From: Candidatus Poribacteria bacterium
GTDB taxonomy: Bacteria; Poribacteria; WGA-4E; WGA-3G
Assembly: GCA_028824685.1 (NCBI GenBank)
Contig: JAPPCZ010000087.1
Span: forward strand, 25,915 to 89,914
Direction: 5' to 3'
DNA: 64,000 nucleotides
Shown here: one piece after another, positions 50,764 to 61,155 of the stretch
How positions within the stretch are numbered: the first letter of the stretch is position 1
Layout: each line of letters starts with the position of its first letter
Position numbers and translations under genes: made by a program
The notes under the pieces: generated by a model
The model's database searches: none
The model's input: only the letters and a program-made list of their open reading frames with translations
What the model was told of the DNA's origin: nothing

Positions 50764-52806
50764 TTAAAGCATCGCAATTATCTGCTTAAGCCCTTTTATC
50801 ATACGTTCAAACGCTTCAGCAAGTCGCTTCGCTTCTATTTCCGATTTTGCTACGTCTCCTTGTTCAATCGCATCGCGTATCCCCGGAAAAACGACAGCAG
50901 CGTAGCCGGTATTCAAGCCAGGGGCATATACAAGGTGCTTAAACCACGGACGCAAAGGCAGCCCAGCTTCATCTGTCAATGTCCGTTCTAATTGATACAA
51001 CCGTTGATTTATATGACCTATCTTCTCTTTGCTACCAGACAATAAATATGTTTCAAGCAGCATATTCAGTTTTGTCGCTGTTTGTTCCCATTCTGTAAGA
51101 AGATTGTCTAATCTATCTAATTCTATTGGAACACTGTTTTTGAACGTTTCCAATTCATCTTGTAATGCTTGGGCATAAACATCGTAATCCAATGGCAAAA
51201 TATCTGCATTTGCAAGGCGCAGCGCGATGATACCCCAAATCTGTGCCATTGCAACCTGATACTGAAACGTTGGGTCGCCAAAATGTTCCATCCAATAATA
51301 ATTGTCTTGCATTGCATGATATACACCATAGGGACCATCAAATCCCATACTCACAGCAGATATACCAGCATGTCCAACAAACGGTGAATGATCTGAACCA
51401 CTACCGAGATTGCCGACTCTTGGTTCCGCAGCATTGTACCGCTTTTTCCAGTTTTCATAAACCGGTTTCAAAGTTCTCGGATCAATTACTTCCTGTGTTG
51501 CTTCACGAACCAACTGTCTGAGCGTTGGAATCGCACTTGCATAAAATCTATTCCCTGTTGCGGCAATATCTACATTCAAGTATGCTATAGATTTCTCCTG
51601 TAATTCCAACTTTAGTTCCTCAACCCATTCAGTAGAACCGAGGATGCCAAATTCTTCAGCGTCCCACGAAGCAAAAACGATTGTCCGCTTCGGACGTACA
51701 CCTTGCTGTGCTAATGCACCTAAACACCTTGCGACCTCAAGTAAGGATGTCGTTCCACTATTCGGATCCGCCGCGCCGTAAACCCACGCATCGTGATGAT
51801 TTCCTAAAATCACCCATTGGTCAGGATATTCTGTTCCTTCTAATGTTGCGATGACATTGTAAATTGGGCGGATGCTGTGCTCACATCGTACTTTGAGATG
51901 AACCTTTGCTGGTCCAGGTCCGATATGGTATGCAAGCGGCAAACCTCCCTGCCAATTATACGGCACATTTGGTCCTGCCAGTGCTTGTAACAAAGGTTTA
52001 GCATCCTTATACGCAATCGGGACAACGGGAATCTTGGGAAGGTCGGTTGCCTCGTCCATTGGAAGTCTATGTGCGTCCTCAATCGCTGCCCAGCCTGGTG
52101 TCAGCGGGTCGCTGGCATGTTGGAAGATATATTTTACAGTGCCACGTTGAATGGCATCTGCAGACCGCCATGGACCGCGCGGGTAGACATCACCCCGCGT
52201 ATAGCCATCGTCCGCTGGATCGGAATAAAGGATCAATCCAACCGCACCGTTATCCCCAGCTAACTTCGCTTTCACACCACGATAACTACCACCATATCGA
52301 GCTATACAAATTTTTCCTTCTACTGAAATACCACGTTCTATCAGCATTCGATAATCTTGCGGCAATCCTCTATTGACATAGACTAACTCAGCCGTTACAT
52401 CACCATCGGGTGAATAGGCATTGTACCCCGGCACAATATCTGTCCGAAACGAATCTTTGTCCCATTCCCAACCTGATTCTTTGTTAACCGCTAAATGTTT
52501 AGACGGTGAAACGAGTTCAACATGCACCTCAAGTGGATGCGGCAGATAGACCTGATATTCATATATCTTCACCTGCAAGCCGTAACTTTCGTATTCACTA
52601 CGAAGATATTCTGCTACCTTACGACTATTTTCTGTTCCCGCAAGATGTGGTTCTTCTGTTAATCTCCGTAATTTTGTCCGACACATCTCTGGAGAAACCA
52701 GTTCCTTAAATGCTGATTCTATATTTTGTTGTGCCAATGCGTTTTCAGCGGTGAACCCCCGTATGTCTGCGTCAGCATAAGTAAAAAGCGATGGAATCAT
52801 TAACAA
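50764..52806 (-). CDS. M28-family zinc peptidase with PA domain (glutamate carboxypeptidase II / transferrin-receptor-like)
   Basis: 680 aa. Signal peptide. PA-domain insertion and M28 metal-ligand region (...HHDAWVYGAADPNSG..., ...DAEEFGILGS...). C-terminal dimerisation-like helical domain. Confidence 0.75.
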   Translation of the reverse strand: MLMIPSLFTYADADIRGFTAENALAQQNIESAFKELVSPEMCRTKLRRLTEEPHLAGTENSRKVAEYLRSEYESYGLQVKIYEYQVYLPHPLEVHVELVSPSKHLAVNKESGWEWDKDSFRTDIVPGYNAYSPDGDVTAELVYVNRGLPQDYRMLIERGISVEGKICIARYGGSYRGVKAKLAGDNGAVGLILYSDPADDGYTRGDVYPRGPWRSADAIQRGTVKYIFQHASDPLTPGWAAIEDAHRLPMDEATDLPKIPVVPIAYKDAKPLLQALAGPNVPYNWQGGLPLAYHIGPGPAKVHLKVRCEHSIRPIYNVIATLEGTEYPDQWVILGNHHDAWVYGAADPNSGTTSLLEVARCLGALAQQGVRPKRTIVFASWDAEEFGILGSTEWVEELKLELQEKSIAYLNVDIAATGNRFYASAIPTLRQLVREATQEVIDPRTLKPVYENWKKRYNAAEPRVGNLGSGSDHSPFVGHAGISAVSMGFDGPYGVYHAMQDNYYWMEHFGDPTFQYQVAMAQIWGIIALRLANADILPLDYDVYAQALQDELETFKNSVPIELDRLDNLLTEWEQTATKLNMLLETYLLSGSKEKIGHINQRLYQLERTLTDEAGLPLRPWFKHLVYAPGLNTGYAAVVFPGIRDAIEQGDVAKSEIEAKRLAEAFERMIKGLKQIIAML

Positions 52807-53031
52807 ACATATAAAACAATAGGCAAATTTCCATCGCGAAAGTCTAAAAAGTTGAGTTTTTATGATTGCAATTGGTCTCTACCTCCTTCTGTGTTTTTGG
52901 AAATCATACCACAAATTTGGTTTATTTTCACTATGTTTTTAAGTCTTAATGTGTTACAATAGTAGTGAAAAAAATACGGTTTTTAGTTCATTTTTTTGAC
53001 ATTTTCAATGCGAAATGCAAGGAAATTCCAA

Positions 53032-53726
53032 TGGAAGCAAAAATACTAATTGTAGAGGATGAACGCGATATCGTAGAGTTGCTAAGATATAATCTGCGGG
53101 AAGCAGATTTTAAAGTTGATACTGTTCGGAATGGAGCCGATGCACTACAGCGTGCAGTAGATAATCCCCCCGACCTTATTTTGTTAGACCTCATGCTACC
53201 TGAAGTAGACGGTTTAATCGTCTGTCGACTCCTAAAGAATGACCCCCGCACCAAAAACATTCCTATCGTGATGCTGACGGCAAAAACTGAAGAACAAGAC
53301 CGCGTAACTGGGCTTGAGTTAGGTGCTGATGATTATATCACAAAACCTTTTAGTCCACGCGAAGTTGTTTTACGTATCAATGCTGTGCTACGGAGACTCC
53401 GAGCAAGTGAACAGACTGATGAAGAAAATCAGATAGAAACGCATGGTGTGACAATTGATTTGGATCGACATCAAGTATTGACTGCAGATGGGGCAATTGA
53501 TCTCACTGCAACTGAGTTCAAACTTATTACACTGTTCGCACGTTCACCCGGACGCGTTTTCAATCGTGATATTCTGATGGATGTTATCTGGGGACAAGAG
53601 TATTACGGCATTGATAGGACAGTTGACACACATGTCAGCCGTCTCAGACGGAAGTTGGGTGATTTAGGAAAACATATTGAAACTGTATACGGTGTTGGCT
53701 ATAGACTTAAGGAAGAGAAGTCTTGA
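53032..53726 (+). CDS. OmpR/PhoB-family two-component response regulator (orphan, no adjacent kinase)
   Basis: Receiver domain MEAKILIVEDERD...DLILLDLMLP. Winged-helix C-terminus ...YGVGYRL. Start moved to the ATG at 53032. Confidence 0.8.
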
Positions 53727-53769
53727 TGATTAGTAATACCATTTCTATATGATAATATTACACTATTTC

Positions 53770-54060
53770 GTAGGTCGGGTAGAAGCGGTAGCAAAACCCG
53801 ACTTTTTATAGTGTCATGTCCAAATCAACGCTAAATGCGCCAAATCAACGGTATGAATGCCATTTGGCATTCCCGTGTGGCATTTGGCGGGTTTCGTTCC
53901 TCAACCCGACCTACAATATATTATGAAAATTTGTCAATTAGAACGGTATAAATTCCTAAATCAATAGATAAACGCTGATAGGTGAATGTGTAGATTTGTC
54001 AAACTCCGCCTTGGAAATATAAGAGGCGCAATGAATTGCGCGACTACAAACACCGCAAAT
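53770..54060. repeat. intergenic repeat block (GTAGGTCGGGT...ACCCGACCTAC ~140-bp palindromic element, GAATGCCATTTGGCATTC, GCGCAATGAATTGCGCGACTACAAA)
   Basis: Large imperfect inverted repeat with termini CGTAGGTCGGGTAG (53770) and CAACCCGACCTACAATAT (53895-53912). The GAATTGCGCGACTAC module repeats at 54958. Confidence 0.7.
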
Positions 54061-54081
54061 TTGAAGAAATGGAGCCATTTT

Positions 54082-54852
54082 ATGAATTTAAGATTAAGAG
54101 ATAAAGTTGTCGTTGTGACAGGCGCGAGTCGTGGAATAGGTAGAGCAATAGCAAACGGCTTTGCTGAGGAAGGGGCGCGGCTAAGCGTCTGTGGTAGAGA
54201 TCCAGATACCTTACAAGACGTAACTGAGGAACTCACTGCACACGGTATAAAGGTGTTGTCAAAACCCACCGATGTAACTGATAATGCTCAAGTTGATGCG
54301 TTTATCACAGAAACATTACATCGTTTCAGTAGAATTGATGTTGTCGTTAACAACGTTGGTGGAAGTCGTTGGACACCTTTACAGGAGATTTCTGATGAGG
54401 AATGGCACGAAATTCTTGATCTAAATCTTGTTTCAGCAACGCGTATTAACCGACTTGTCATTCCAGCGATGCAGAAACAAGGCGGCGGGGTAATCCTCAT
54501 GATTGCCTCTATTTACGGTAGAGAAGGTGGCGGACACATTACTTATAACGCAGCAAAAGCCGCAGAAATTAGTATGGCGAAGTCATTGGCAAAAGAACTT
54601 GCACCTGACAACATACGCGTCAATAGTATTGCGCCAGGGTCTATCCTCTTTCCCGGTGGTGGTTGGGATCGTCGTATCAAAGCGGATCCTGAAGGAATGA
54701 AAACATTTGTTGAAAGTGAGATGCCGCTTGGACGGTTCGGAAAACCAGAAGAAATTGCGAATGTTGCTGTTTTTCTTGCATCTGAACGGGCAAGCCTTGT
54801 TACTGGGGCATGTATCAATGTTGATGGATGTCAGTCGCGGTCGAATATTTGA
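54082..54852 (+). CDS. short-chain dehydrogenase/reductase (SDR)
   Basis: TGASRGIGRA cofactor motif and YNAAKAA (YxxxK). Start moved to the ATG at 54082 (MNLRLRDKVVVVTG). Confidence 0.8.
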   Translation: MNLRLRDKVVVVTGASRGIGRAIANGFAEEGARLSVCGRDPDTLQDVTEELTAHGIKVLSKPTDVTDNAQVDAFITETLHRFSRIDVVVNNVGGSRWTPLQEISDEEWHEILDLNLVSATRINRLVIPAMQKQGGGVILMIASIYGREGGGHITYNAAKAAEISMAKSLAKELAPDNIRVNSIAPGSILFPGGGWDRRIKADPEGMKTFVESEMPLGRFGKPEEIANVAVFLASERASLVTGACINVDGCQSRSNI

Positions 54853-54889
54853 CCTGCACAATGATACGCTTAAACGTGGGCAGGGCAGG

Positions 54890-54985
54890 AGTCCCCGCCC
54901 TACAAATGTAAGAGGCGACAAATGCCAAAAAACTCATTTGGCGTTAATTTGGCAATGAATTGCGCGACTACGAAAGATGCCAAAC
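54890..54985. repeat. repeat modules (GGGCAGGAGTCCCCGCCC palindrome, CATTTGGCGTTAATTTGGC, AATGAATTGCGCGACTACGAAAGATGCCAAACCTACAAAATG)
   Basis: Related copy at 54020-54060. Confidence 0.65.
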
Positions 54986-55058
54986 CTACAAAATGATTTG
55001 CAATGAAAACAAGCGTATGCTAAAATAAATTTAAATCATAAGCATATAGAGGAGAGAG

Positions 55059-58000
55059 ATGAATTACGCAGAACTGCCGCTCCCACAACGTCAGAGAGAC
55101 GAAATTCATCAGATTTTATCAGACGCATCCGATAGAGACAGAAGCGTAGATAATGACTCTATATTGCGAAGTATACAAGAACTCGCCACTGACGATGCGA
55201 ACACCCAAACCTGCTTCGCCCATATCGTTATCCCGTTGTTAGAAACTTGCCTAAATTCCCCTAACCCTGAAGCAGCCTTAAATAATTTTTCGCGTTTTGC
55301 ACACGTAACGTTTAATCGGAAATGGGTTTATCAACTCTTACGAGATGCGCCGTTTTTGATGCAAACTGTGATGCTTAGTTTCGGTGCGTCCTCATATCTA
55401 TCCGATATTCTGATTCGCAACCCGATCTATTTTTACGACATCATTGATGCAAATGTGATGGACATATCAAAGACGCGTGAAGGCATGTATGCTGAACTTG
55501 CTACGACACTCGGAAGATATCAGGACATTGATCAGAAACTTCGGATCATTCGGCGATATAAAAGACGCGAAAGCTTGCGCATAGCACTGCGCGACCTTCT
55601 CCAAGTGACAGTCGTTGAAACAACGACATTGGAGATGAGTAATTTGGCAGAAGCAACATTACAACATTGCTATGAAATTGGACGTGACCAAATTATGAAG
55701 CCGAAGTTTGGGACACCGCTGAATGAGGAAGGCACAGCACCCTGTCGTTTCGCTGTTATAGGGATGGGAAAATTTGGGGGATATGAACTTAACTTTAGTT
55801 CCGATATTGATCTAATCTTCGTTTATTCAGACGAGGGACAAACCGATGAAGGCATTGATAATAGCGAATATTATGCACGGTTGTGTGAGTTTTTAATTAA
55901 GGCGATGAGCGAGGTAACGGTGGAAGGCTATGTGTTTCGTGTGGACATCCGTTTGCGACCTGAGAGCAGCGCCGGTGTCATCATCCGTTCTATGGAAAGC
56001 TACGAAAGTTATTATGAAGGTTGGGGTGATTTATGGGAACGTCAGGCTTTAATTAAAGCACGACCTGTCGCTGGCGATATGGCATTTGGAGATGAATTCA
56101 TCCGCATGATTCAACCGTTTGTGTATCAACGTTACTTAGACGGTGTAACCCTCAATGAAATTAAAGCAGATATTCGCACCACAAAAGCACGTATAGAGGA
56201 ACGACTTGTAGGTGAAAAGGCAGACCTTGAAAAGCATGTCAAACTTGGCCCGGGTGCTATTCGGGATATTGAATTTACCGTTCAATGTTTGCAGATGATT
56301 CATGGCGGAAAACGAAAGTCACTCTGCTCACAGAATACGTTGGAAACACTTGAAGCCTTAAAGGCTAACGAATTGTTGGACGCTGAAGATGCGGATGCCT
56401 TATCAAATGCATATCGGTTTCTACGAAGAGTAGAAAACAGTATCCAAATTGAGGCAGACCAACAGCGCTATTCAGTTCCAGCAAAAGAAGAGGAGGAGAT
56501 TCAGCTTGCTCGACGTTTGAAATACCATGACGCACCGCTTGAAACATTCCGGCAAGATTATCAAACCCATAAAGCACATGTGCGTAAACTCTTTGAAAAA
56601 GTAATGGACGTCCGTGAACCGGACCAATTAGATCTCCCTGTGCTGCTTAGCCAAGATGACTCCGAAGAGATACAGGAACAATTGGGTAAGTTCGGTTTTG
56701 AGAACGTTCGCGAGGCACATCGCTTACTGAAGCACCTTGCCAACGGTAGCGATGGACAGCAATTCTCTCCCGCTGTCAGACGGACTTTCTTCAAACTTGC
56801 GCCGACTCTTTTGAAATTTTTGAGTGCAGCCCCTGACCCAGATATGGCACTGCGCTATTTTGATGCGTTTGCCGCTAAAGTCGGTGCACACAGCAGCTAC
56901 TACACGATGTTTATGGAAAGACAAGGAGCACTTGAAGCACTCATAAGTGTCTGCGGTTCAAGTCTTTACTTGGCGGATTTGTTGATTGCAAGCCCTGAAT
57001 TGTTTGATCTGTTGACAGTGCCGACTTTCACCGAATCCCCTAAGACACTCGCCCAAAAACAGGAAGAGGTTTTACAACTTGTCTCGGACACATCTAATGC
57101 TCACGTGCTTAGGGCGCTTAGACGTTACAAGAACGATGAGATTTGGCGAATTGCCCTACGGAACATTCTCGGTAATGCTGACCTACCAACGACGACTGAA
57201 GAACTCTCTGATTTAGCCGAAGCAATCCTGCAAGCCATCTATCCGCAGATTGACACGCAGTTACGCGAAGAACACGGTAACCCAACGAGCGATGACGGAA
57301 CACCTGTGACGTTTGCTATCATTGCAATGGGGAAATTTGGAGGACGTGAACTTAACTTTAGCTCAGATTTAGACGTGATGTGTGTCTACACAGCAGATGG
57401 TGAGACAACCCACGGGATGCCAAATTCGGAGTATTTTTCACTGCTCGGTTTAGAATTGGTAAAGCAGCTTAGTGGGGATCATGACATGAGTATTTATGAA
57501 CTTGATCTGCGGCTCCGTCCCTATGGTACAGGTGGCGCGATCGCATTGCCATTGTCAGGATACCAGCATTACTACGATAACACTGCAGAAATCTGGGAAC
57601 GGCAGGCACTCACACGTGCACGGGTCGTGGCAGGAGATATAGAAGGGATAGGCAACCAATTTATGGAGATTGCACACACCTTTTGCTATAAGGAACCGCT
57701 CACACCTGAAGAAATCGCTGAAATCGTACATACCCGCCAACGCAAAGAAGCGCAAGTCACCCGAAAAACGAAATCACGACGGAGACGGAGCGGAAGGACC
57801 CAAAAACCTGCTGCTAATGTAAAATCAGGGTATGGTGGACTTATTGATATTGAATTCGCTGCGCAAACACTTCAGCTTATCCATGGGACCGAAACGACTT
57901 CTGTTCGTGTCCCCAATACCCTCCTTGCAATTGAAAGACTGCATGCTATCGATGTTCTGACAGAAACGCAGCGCACAGGATTATCGGAGGCGTATCAATA

Positions 58001-58220
58001 CCTTAGGCGCGTGGAAAACGCATTGCGGATTGTTCATGACCGTGCCTTAGATGCGTTGCCTACAAATCGTGCAGAATTGACACAGTTAGCGCGCCGCCTC
58101 GGATACGCTGAAACCGAAGATACGCCTATTGTGGAGGCATTTTCACAAGATTACGGGAAGTGGACAGAAAAGACTCGTGCACTTTTCAATGAACTTGTTG
58201 TTAATGAATCAAGAATGTAG
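55059..58220 (+). CDS. glnE: bifunctional glutamine synthetase adenylyltransferase / adenylyl-removing enzyme
   Basis: 1053 aa with two nucleotidyltransferase cores: GMGKFGGYELNFSSDIDLIF and AMGKFGGRELNFSSDLDVMC. Confidence 0.85.
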   Translation: MNYAELPLPQRQRDEIHQILSDASDRDRSVDNDSILRSIQELATDDANTQTCFAHIVIPLLETCLNSPNPEAALNNFSRFAHVTFNRKWVYQLLRDAPFLMQTVMLSFGASSYLSDILIRNPIYFYDIIDANVMDISKTREGMYAELATTLGRYQDIDQKLRIIRRYKRRESLRIALRDLLQVTVVETTTLEMSNLAEATLQHCYEIGRDQIMKPKFGTPLNEEGTAPCRFAVIGMGKFGGYELNFSSDIDLIFVYSDEGQTDEGIDNSEYYARLCEFLIKAMSEVTVEGYVFRVDIRLRPESSAGVIIRSMESYESYYEGWGDLWERQALIKARPVAGDMAFGDEFIRMIQPFVYQRYLDGVTLNEIKADIRTTKARIEERLVGEKADLEKHVKLGPGAIRDIEFTVQCLQMIHGGKRKSLCSQNTLETLEALKANELLDAEDADALSNAYRFLRRVENSIQIEADQQRYSVPAKEEEEIQLARRLKYHDAPLETFRQDYQTHKAHVRKLFEKVMDVREPDQLDLPVLLSQDDSEEIQEQLGKFGFENVREAHRLLKHLANGSDGQQFSPAVRRTFFKLAPTLLKFLSAAPDPDMALRYFDAFAAKVGAHSSYYTMFMERQGALEALISVCGSSLYLADLLIASPELFDLLTVPTFTESPKTLAQKQEEVLQLVSDTSNAHVLRALRRYKNDEIWRIALRNILGNADLPTTTEELSDLAEAILQAIYPQIDTQLREEHGNPTSDDGTPVTFAIIAMGKFGGRELNFSSDLDVMCVYTADGETTHGMPNSEYFSLLGLELVKQLSGDHDMSIYELDLRLRPYGTGGAIALPLSGYQHYYDNTAEIWERQALTRARVVAGDIEGIGNQFMEIAHTFCYKEPLTPEEIAEIVHTRQRKEAQVTRKTKSRRRRSGRTQKPAANVKSGYGGLIDIEFAAQTLQLIHGTETTSVRVPNTLLAIERLHAIDVLTETQRTGLSEAYQYLRRVENALRIVHDRALDALPTNRAELTQLARRLGYAETEDTPIVEAFSQDYGKWTEKTRALFNELVVNESRM

Positions 58221-58254
58221 GTCGGATAGGGCTTGCGAAACCTGATGGGAACGT

Positions 58255-58345
58255 ATACTTACTCATGATAGGCGCGTTTTGCAAATGTTTATATATCTGT
58301 CCTAAAGTCTAACGGTGCGTTTACAAAACGCACCTACACTGGAAG
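58255..58345. repeat. repeat modules GATAGGCGCGTTTTGCAAATG and GGTGCGTTTACAAAACGCACC
   Basis: Same GCGCG/GTGCG-TTTACAAA-palindrome family as 36735, 43170 and 50722. Overlaps the 5' end of the track ORF 58315, which is therefore over-extended. Confidence 0.7.
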
Positions 58346-58396
58346 GCTACGTCTTTCTATTCGTTACAAAAATACAAAACCGTAAGGAAACATACA

Positions 58397-59454
58397 TGAC
58401 ATCTGAATCGTCACCTATTAGTTTCCGTTTCCCGAAAAATGTAATAATATGCATCGGGGACGGGATGGGTTTTGAAGCGGTCAAAGCAGCGGGCTACTAT
58501 GCCTCAGGTGAAACAGACACACTTTCCTTTGAAAGGTTCCCTCACCAAGCAAAAATAAAAACTTATGCAGCAAACACACCGATGACCGACTCTGCCGCTG
58601 CTGCAACTGCTATGGCAACCGGACACAAAGTCAACAACGGTGTCATTAGTATGGGAATTCCCGGCACAGGAACTCCGTTGAAAACACTCCTTGAAATTTC
58701 TCAGGAATTAGGTAAAAGAACAGGACTTGTCTCAACCACTTACATTACCCACGCTACTCCCGCCGCATTTGGTGCACACAATCCCCAACGTAACAACTTA
58801 GGTGAAATCGCACATGATTACCTCCACCTTACCCGTCCCAACGTGTTGTTGGGTGGCGGAGGCAATGGAATTACAGAAGAGAGAGCCGAATCCGCTGGTT
58901 ATACAGTCGTAACTGATCGAGAGGAATTGTTTACCCTCAACACCAATACGGAAATCTTTGTTTCTGGACAGTTCGGTCAGACTAATATCCCGTATATGTT
59001 TGATGGCACCAACAATCTACCGCATTTGTCAGAAATGGCAACGGTAGCGTTGGAGATTCTCTTTAACAATGAAAATGGGTTTTTCATGCTTCTGGAAGGT
59101 GGCCGGATTGACCATGCTGGACATTCTAACGATATTGAACGCCAGCTTTTAGAGACAATAGAGTTTTCTAAAGCGGTGCAGACCGTTTATGAACGGGTAT
59201 CCAATGATGGGGATACCATTATTCTTGTCACCGCTGACCACGAAACGGGTGGATTGCGGGTGCATAAAAACAACGGACAGGGAAAAGTGCCTGAAATCTC
59301 TTGGTCGACTGGTGGACATACTGTAAGCAATGTGCCACTTTACGGTTGGGGCCAGAACGCTGACCGCGTTGAAGGTGTCATGAACAATACGGATCTGATT
59401 AAAGTGGTATCAGGAACGGGAGACTTGGATGGGGTACAACTTACGCTATTGTAA
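58397..59454 (+). CDS. alkaline phosphatase family protein (no evident signal peptide)
   Basis: Metal/nucleophile region GDGMG...TDSAAAATAMATGHK (Ser nucleophile in DS(A)). ...DHAGHSN... AAGGAAA RBS before the ATG at 58397. Confidence 0.75.
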
Positions 59455-59469
59455 AAATTTAATTTTTTT

Positions 59470-59508
59470 AACCTGTAGGCGCGGTTTAAAACCGAGCCTA
59501 CCATCAAT
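59470..59508. repeat. near-palindromic module CCTGTAGGCGCGGTTTAAAACCGAGCCTACC between convergent genes
   Basis: Same family as GGTGCGGTTTCTAACCGCACC (19384). May act as a bidirectional terminator for the phosphatase gene and leuA. Confidence 0.55.
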
Positions 59509-59522
59509 TGTGTTTATGGACA

Positions 59523-61091
59523 CTACCCTTCTGAGCGGAGTTGAATGAGCTTATTCACAGCATGAATATATGCCTTGGCACTTGCCTCAATAATATCCGT
59601 ACTCGCACCGTTTCCTGTGATGACGTGCCCATTGTCCTGCACCTTCAGCGTAACCTCACCGATGGCATCTTCACCTTCCGTCACAGAACGGATCTGATAA
59701 TCAATCAGGTTCAGCTTGATTTTGACGATTTGATTAATTGCCTTAAAGGCGGCGTCAACAGGACCATCACCAGTAGAAGCATTTTCAACTATTCCCTCTT
59801 CCGTACGGATACCAACGGTGGTTGTTGGTGAAATCTTCGTTCCACTGACGACTTGGATGTAGTCAAGTTCAAAGGTAGCAGGAACGGTACGAATCTCGTC
59901 GCTCATGATCGCCTCAAGATCGGCATCATGAACAGCCTTTTTCTTATCTGCAACGCGGAGGAATCTTTCATAAACCTTCTCTAACTGATCTTGATCCAAC
60001 TCATACCCAAGTTCACTAAGACGATGTTTTAAGGCATTCCGCCCAGAACGTGGGCTGAGAATTATTTGGCTCGTTTGCCAACCGATTTCTTTCGGGTCAA
60101 TGATTTCAAAGGTTACACGCGACTTAATAATCCCATCTTGGTGGATTCCTGAACTGTGTGCAAAAGCGTTTTCCCCGACAATTGCTTTGTTCGGTTGCAC
60201 TGGAATACCCATCGTGCGACTTACACGTCTGCTGATAGGCACGATCTCTTTGGTGTTAATATCGGTGTAATACGCTTTAAAGTAATCGCGTCGAGTTCGG
60301 ATTGCCATGACGACTTCTTCAAGCGAGGTGTTTCCAGCACGTTCCCCAAGTCCATTGATAGTGCACTCCACCTGCCGTGCCCCTTGCTCAATCGCAATTA
60401 GACTGTTTGCCACTGCCAACCCTAAATCGTTATGACAGTGAACACTTATGACGGCATCGTCAATATTTGAGACATTTTCCTTTATGCCTGCAATGAGACC
60501 ACCAAATTCTGCGGGGACTGTCCATCCGACGGTTTCAGGGATATTGACAACATTCGCACCTGCGGCGATAGTAGATTCAACTACCTCGTACAGATATGCC
60601 AATTCTGTCCGCCCAGCATCCATTGGCGAAAACTCAACGGTTGCATCTGGATGATCTGCACACAAACTCTTTGCATAAGCAACCGCTTCCACCGCCATTT
60701 CAAGGGTTCTCTCAGGCGTTGTGCGGGTGATGCGTTCCATGTGGATAGTTGATGTGCCAACAAATGTATGGATACGTGCGCGGGGAGCATCTTGGATCGC
60801 TTTCCATGCCGCCGTTATATCCTTTTCAACGACGCGGGAAAGCGCGCAAATTTCGGGACCCTTAACCTCGTTTGCAATCCGTTGAACAGCATCAAAATCA
60901 CCCGGTGACGAAATTGGAAAACCAGCTTCAATGACATCAACATTTAATTTTGCGAGGTGCTTGGCAATCTCCAATTTTTCTTCAATGCCGAGAGCGGCTC
61001 CGGGAGTTTGCTCCGCATCTCGGAGTGTTGTATCAAAAATATAAACCTTTTCTTGGTTAGCTTCAAAATCGTCCACGGTTGTGTCCTCCAA
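59523..61091 (-). CDS. leuA: 2-isopropylmalate synthase / citramalate synthase family (LeuA/CimA)
   Basis: DRE-TIM metallolyase core (FDTTLRDAEQTPG, HCHNDLGLAVANS) plus a C-terminal LeuA-type regulatory domain. 522 aa. Cannot separate LeuA from CimA by eye. Confidence 0.7.
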   Translation of the reverse strand: MEDTTVDDFEANQEKVYIFDTTLRDAEQTPGAALGIEEKLEIAKHLAKLNVDVIEAGFPISSPGDFDAVQRIANEVKGPEICALSRVVEKDITAAWKAIQDAPRARIHTFVGTSTIHMERITRTTPERTLEMAVEAVAYAKSLCADHPDATVEFSPMDAGRTELAYLYEVVESTIAAGANVVNIPETVGWTVPAEFGGLIAGIKENVSNIDDAVISVHCHNDLGLAVANSLIAIEQGARQVECTINGLGERAGNTSLEEVVMAIRTRRDYFKAYYTDINTKEIVPISRRVSRTMGIPVQPNKAIVGENAFAHSSGIHQDGIIKSRVTFEIIDPKEIGWQTSQIILSPRSGRNALKHRLSELGYELDQDQLEKVYERFLRVADKKKAVHDADLEAIMSDEIRTVPATFELDYIQVVSGTKISPTTTVGIRTEEGIVENASTGDGPVDAAFKAINQIVKIKLNLIDYQIRSVTEGEDAIGEVTLKVQDNGHVITGNGASTDIIEASAKAYIHAVNKLIQLRSEG

Positions 61092-61155
61092 ATGGGTTAC
61101 CTGTCCGTTTTTAGAAGGGATAATATACCCTCTTCAATGGAATAAAACTTTTCCC

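Noticed and set aside
52965-53031. N-terminal extension of the response-regulator ORF (MKKIRFLVHFFDIFNAKCKEIP)
   Set aside because: The canonical receiver domain begins at MEAKILIVEDE (ATG 53032). The extension covers the likely promoter.
53986-54081. N-terminal extension of the SDR ORF
   Set aside because: It overlaps the repeat block. The SDR Rossmann motif begins right after the ATG at 54082.
58315-58396. N-terminal extension of the alkaline phosphatase ORF
   Set aside because: It overlaps the palindromic repeat GGTGCGTTTACAAAACGCACC. An AAGGAAA RBS precedes the internal ATG at 58397.
59470-59508. Rho-independent terminator between the phosphatase gene and leuA
   Set aside because: The hairpin is present, but the U-run is on the wrong side for both strands. 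It is kept only as a repeat.
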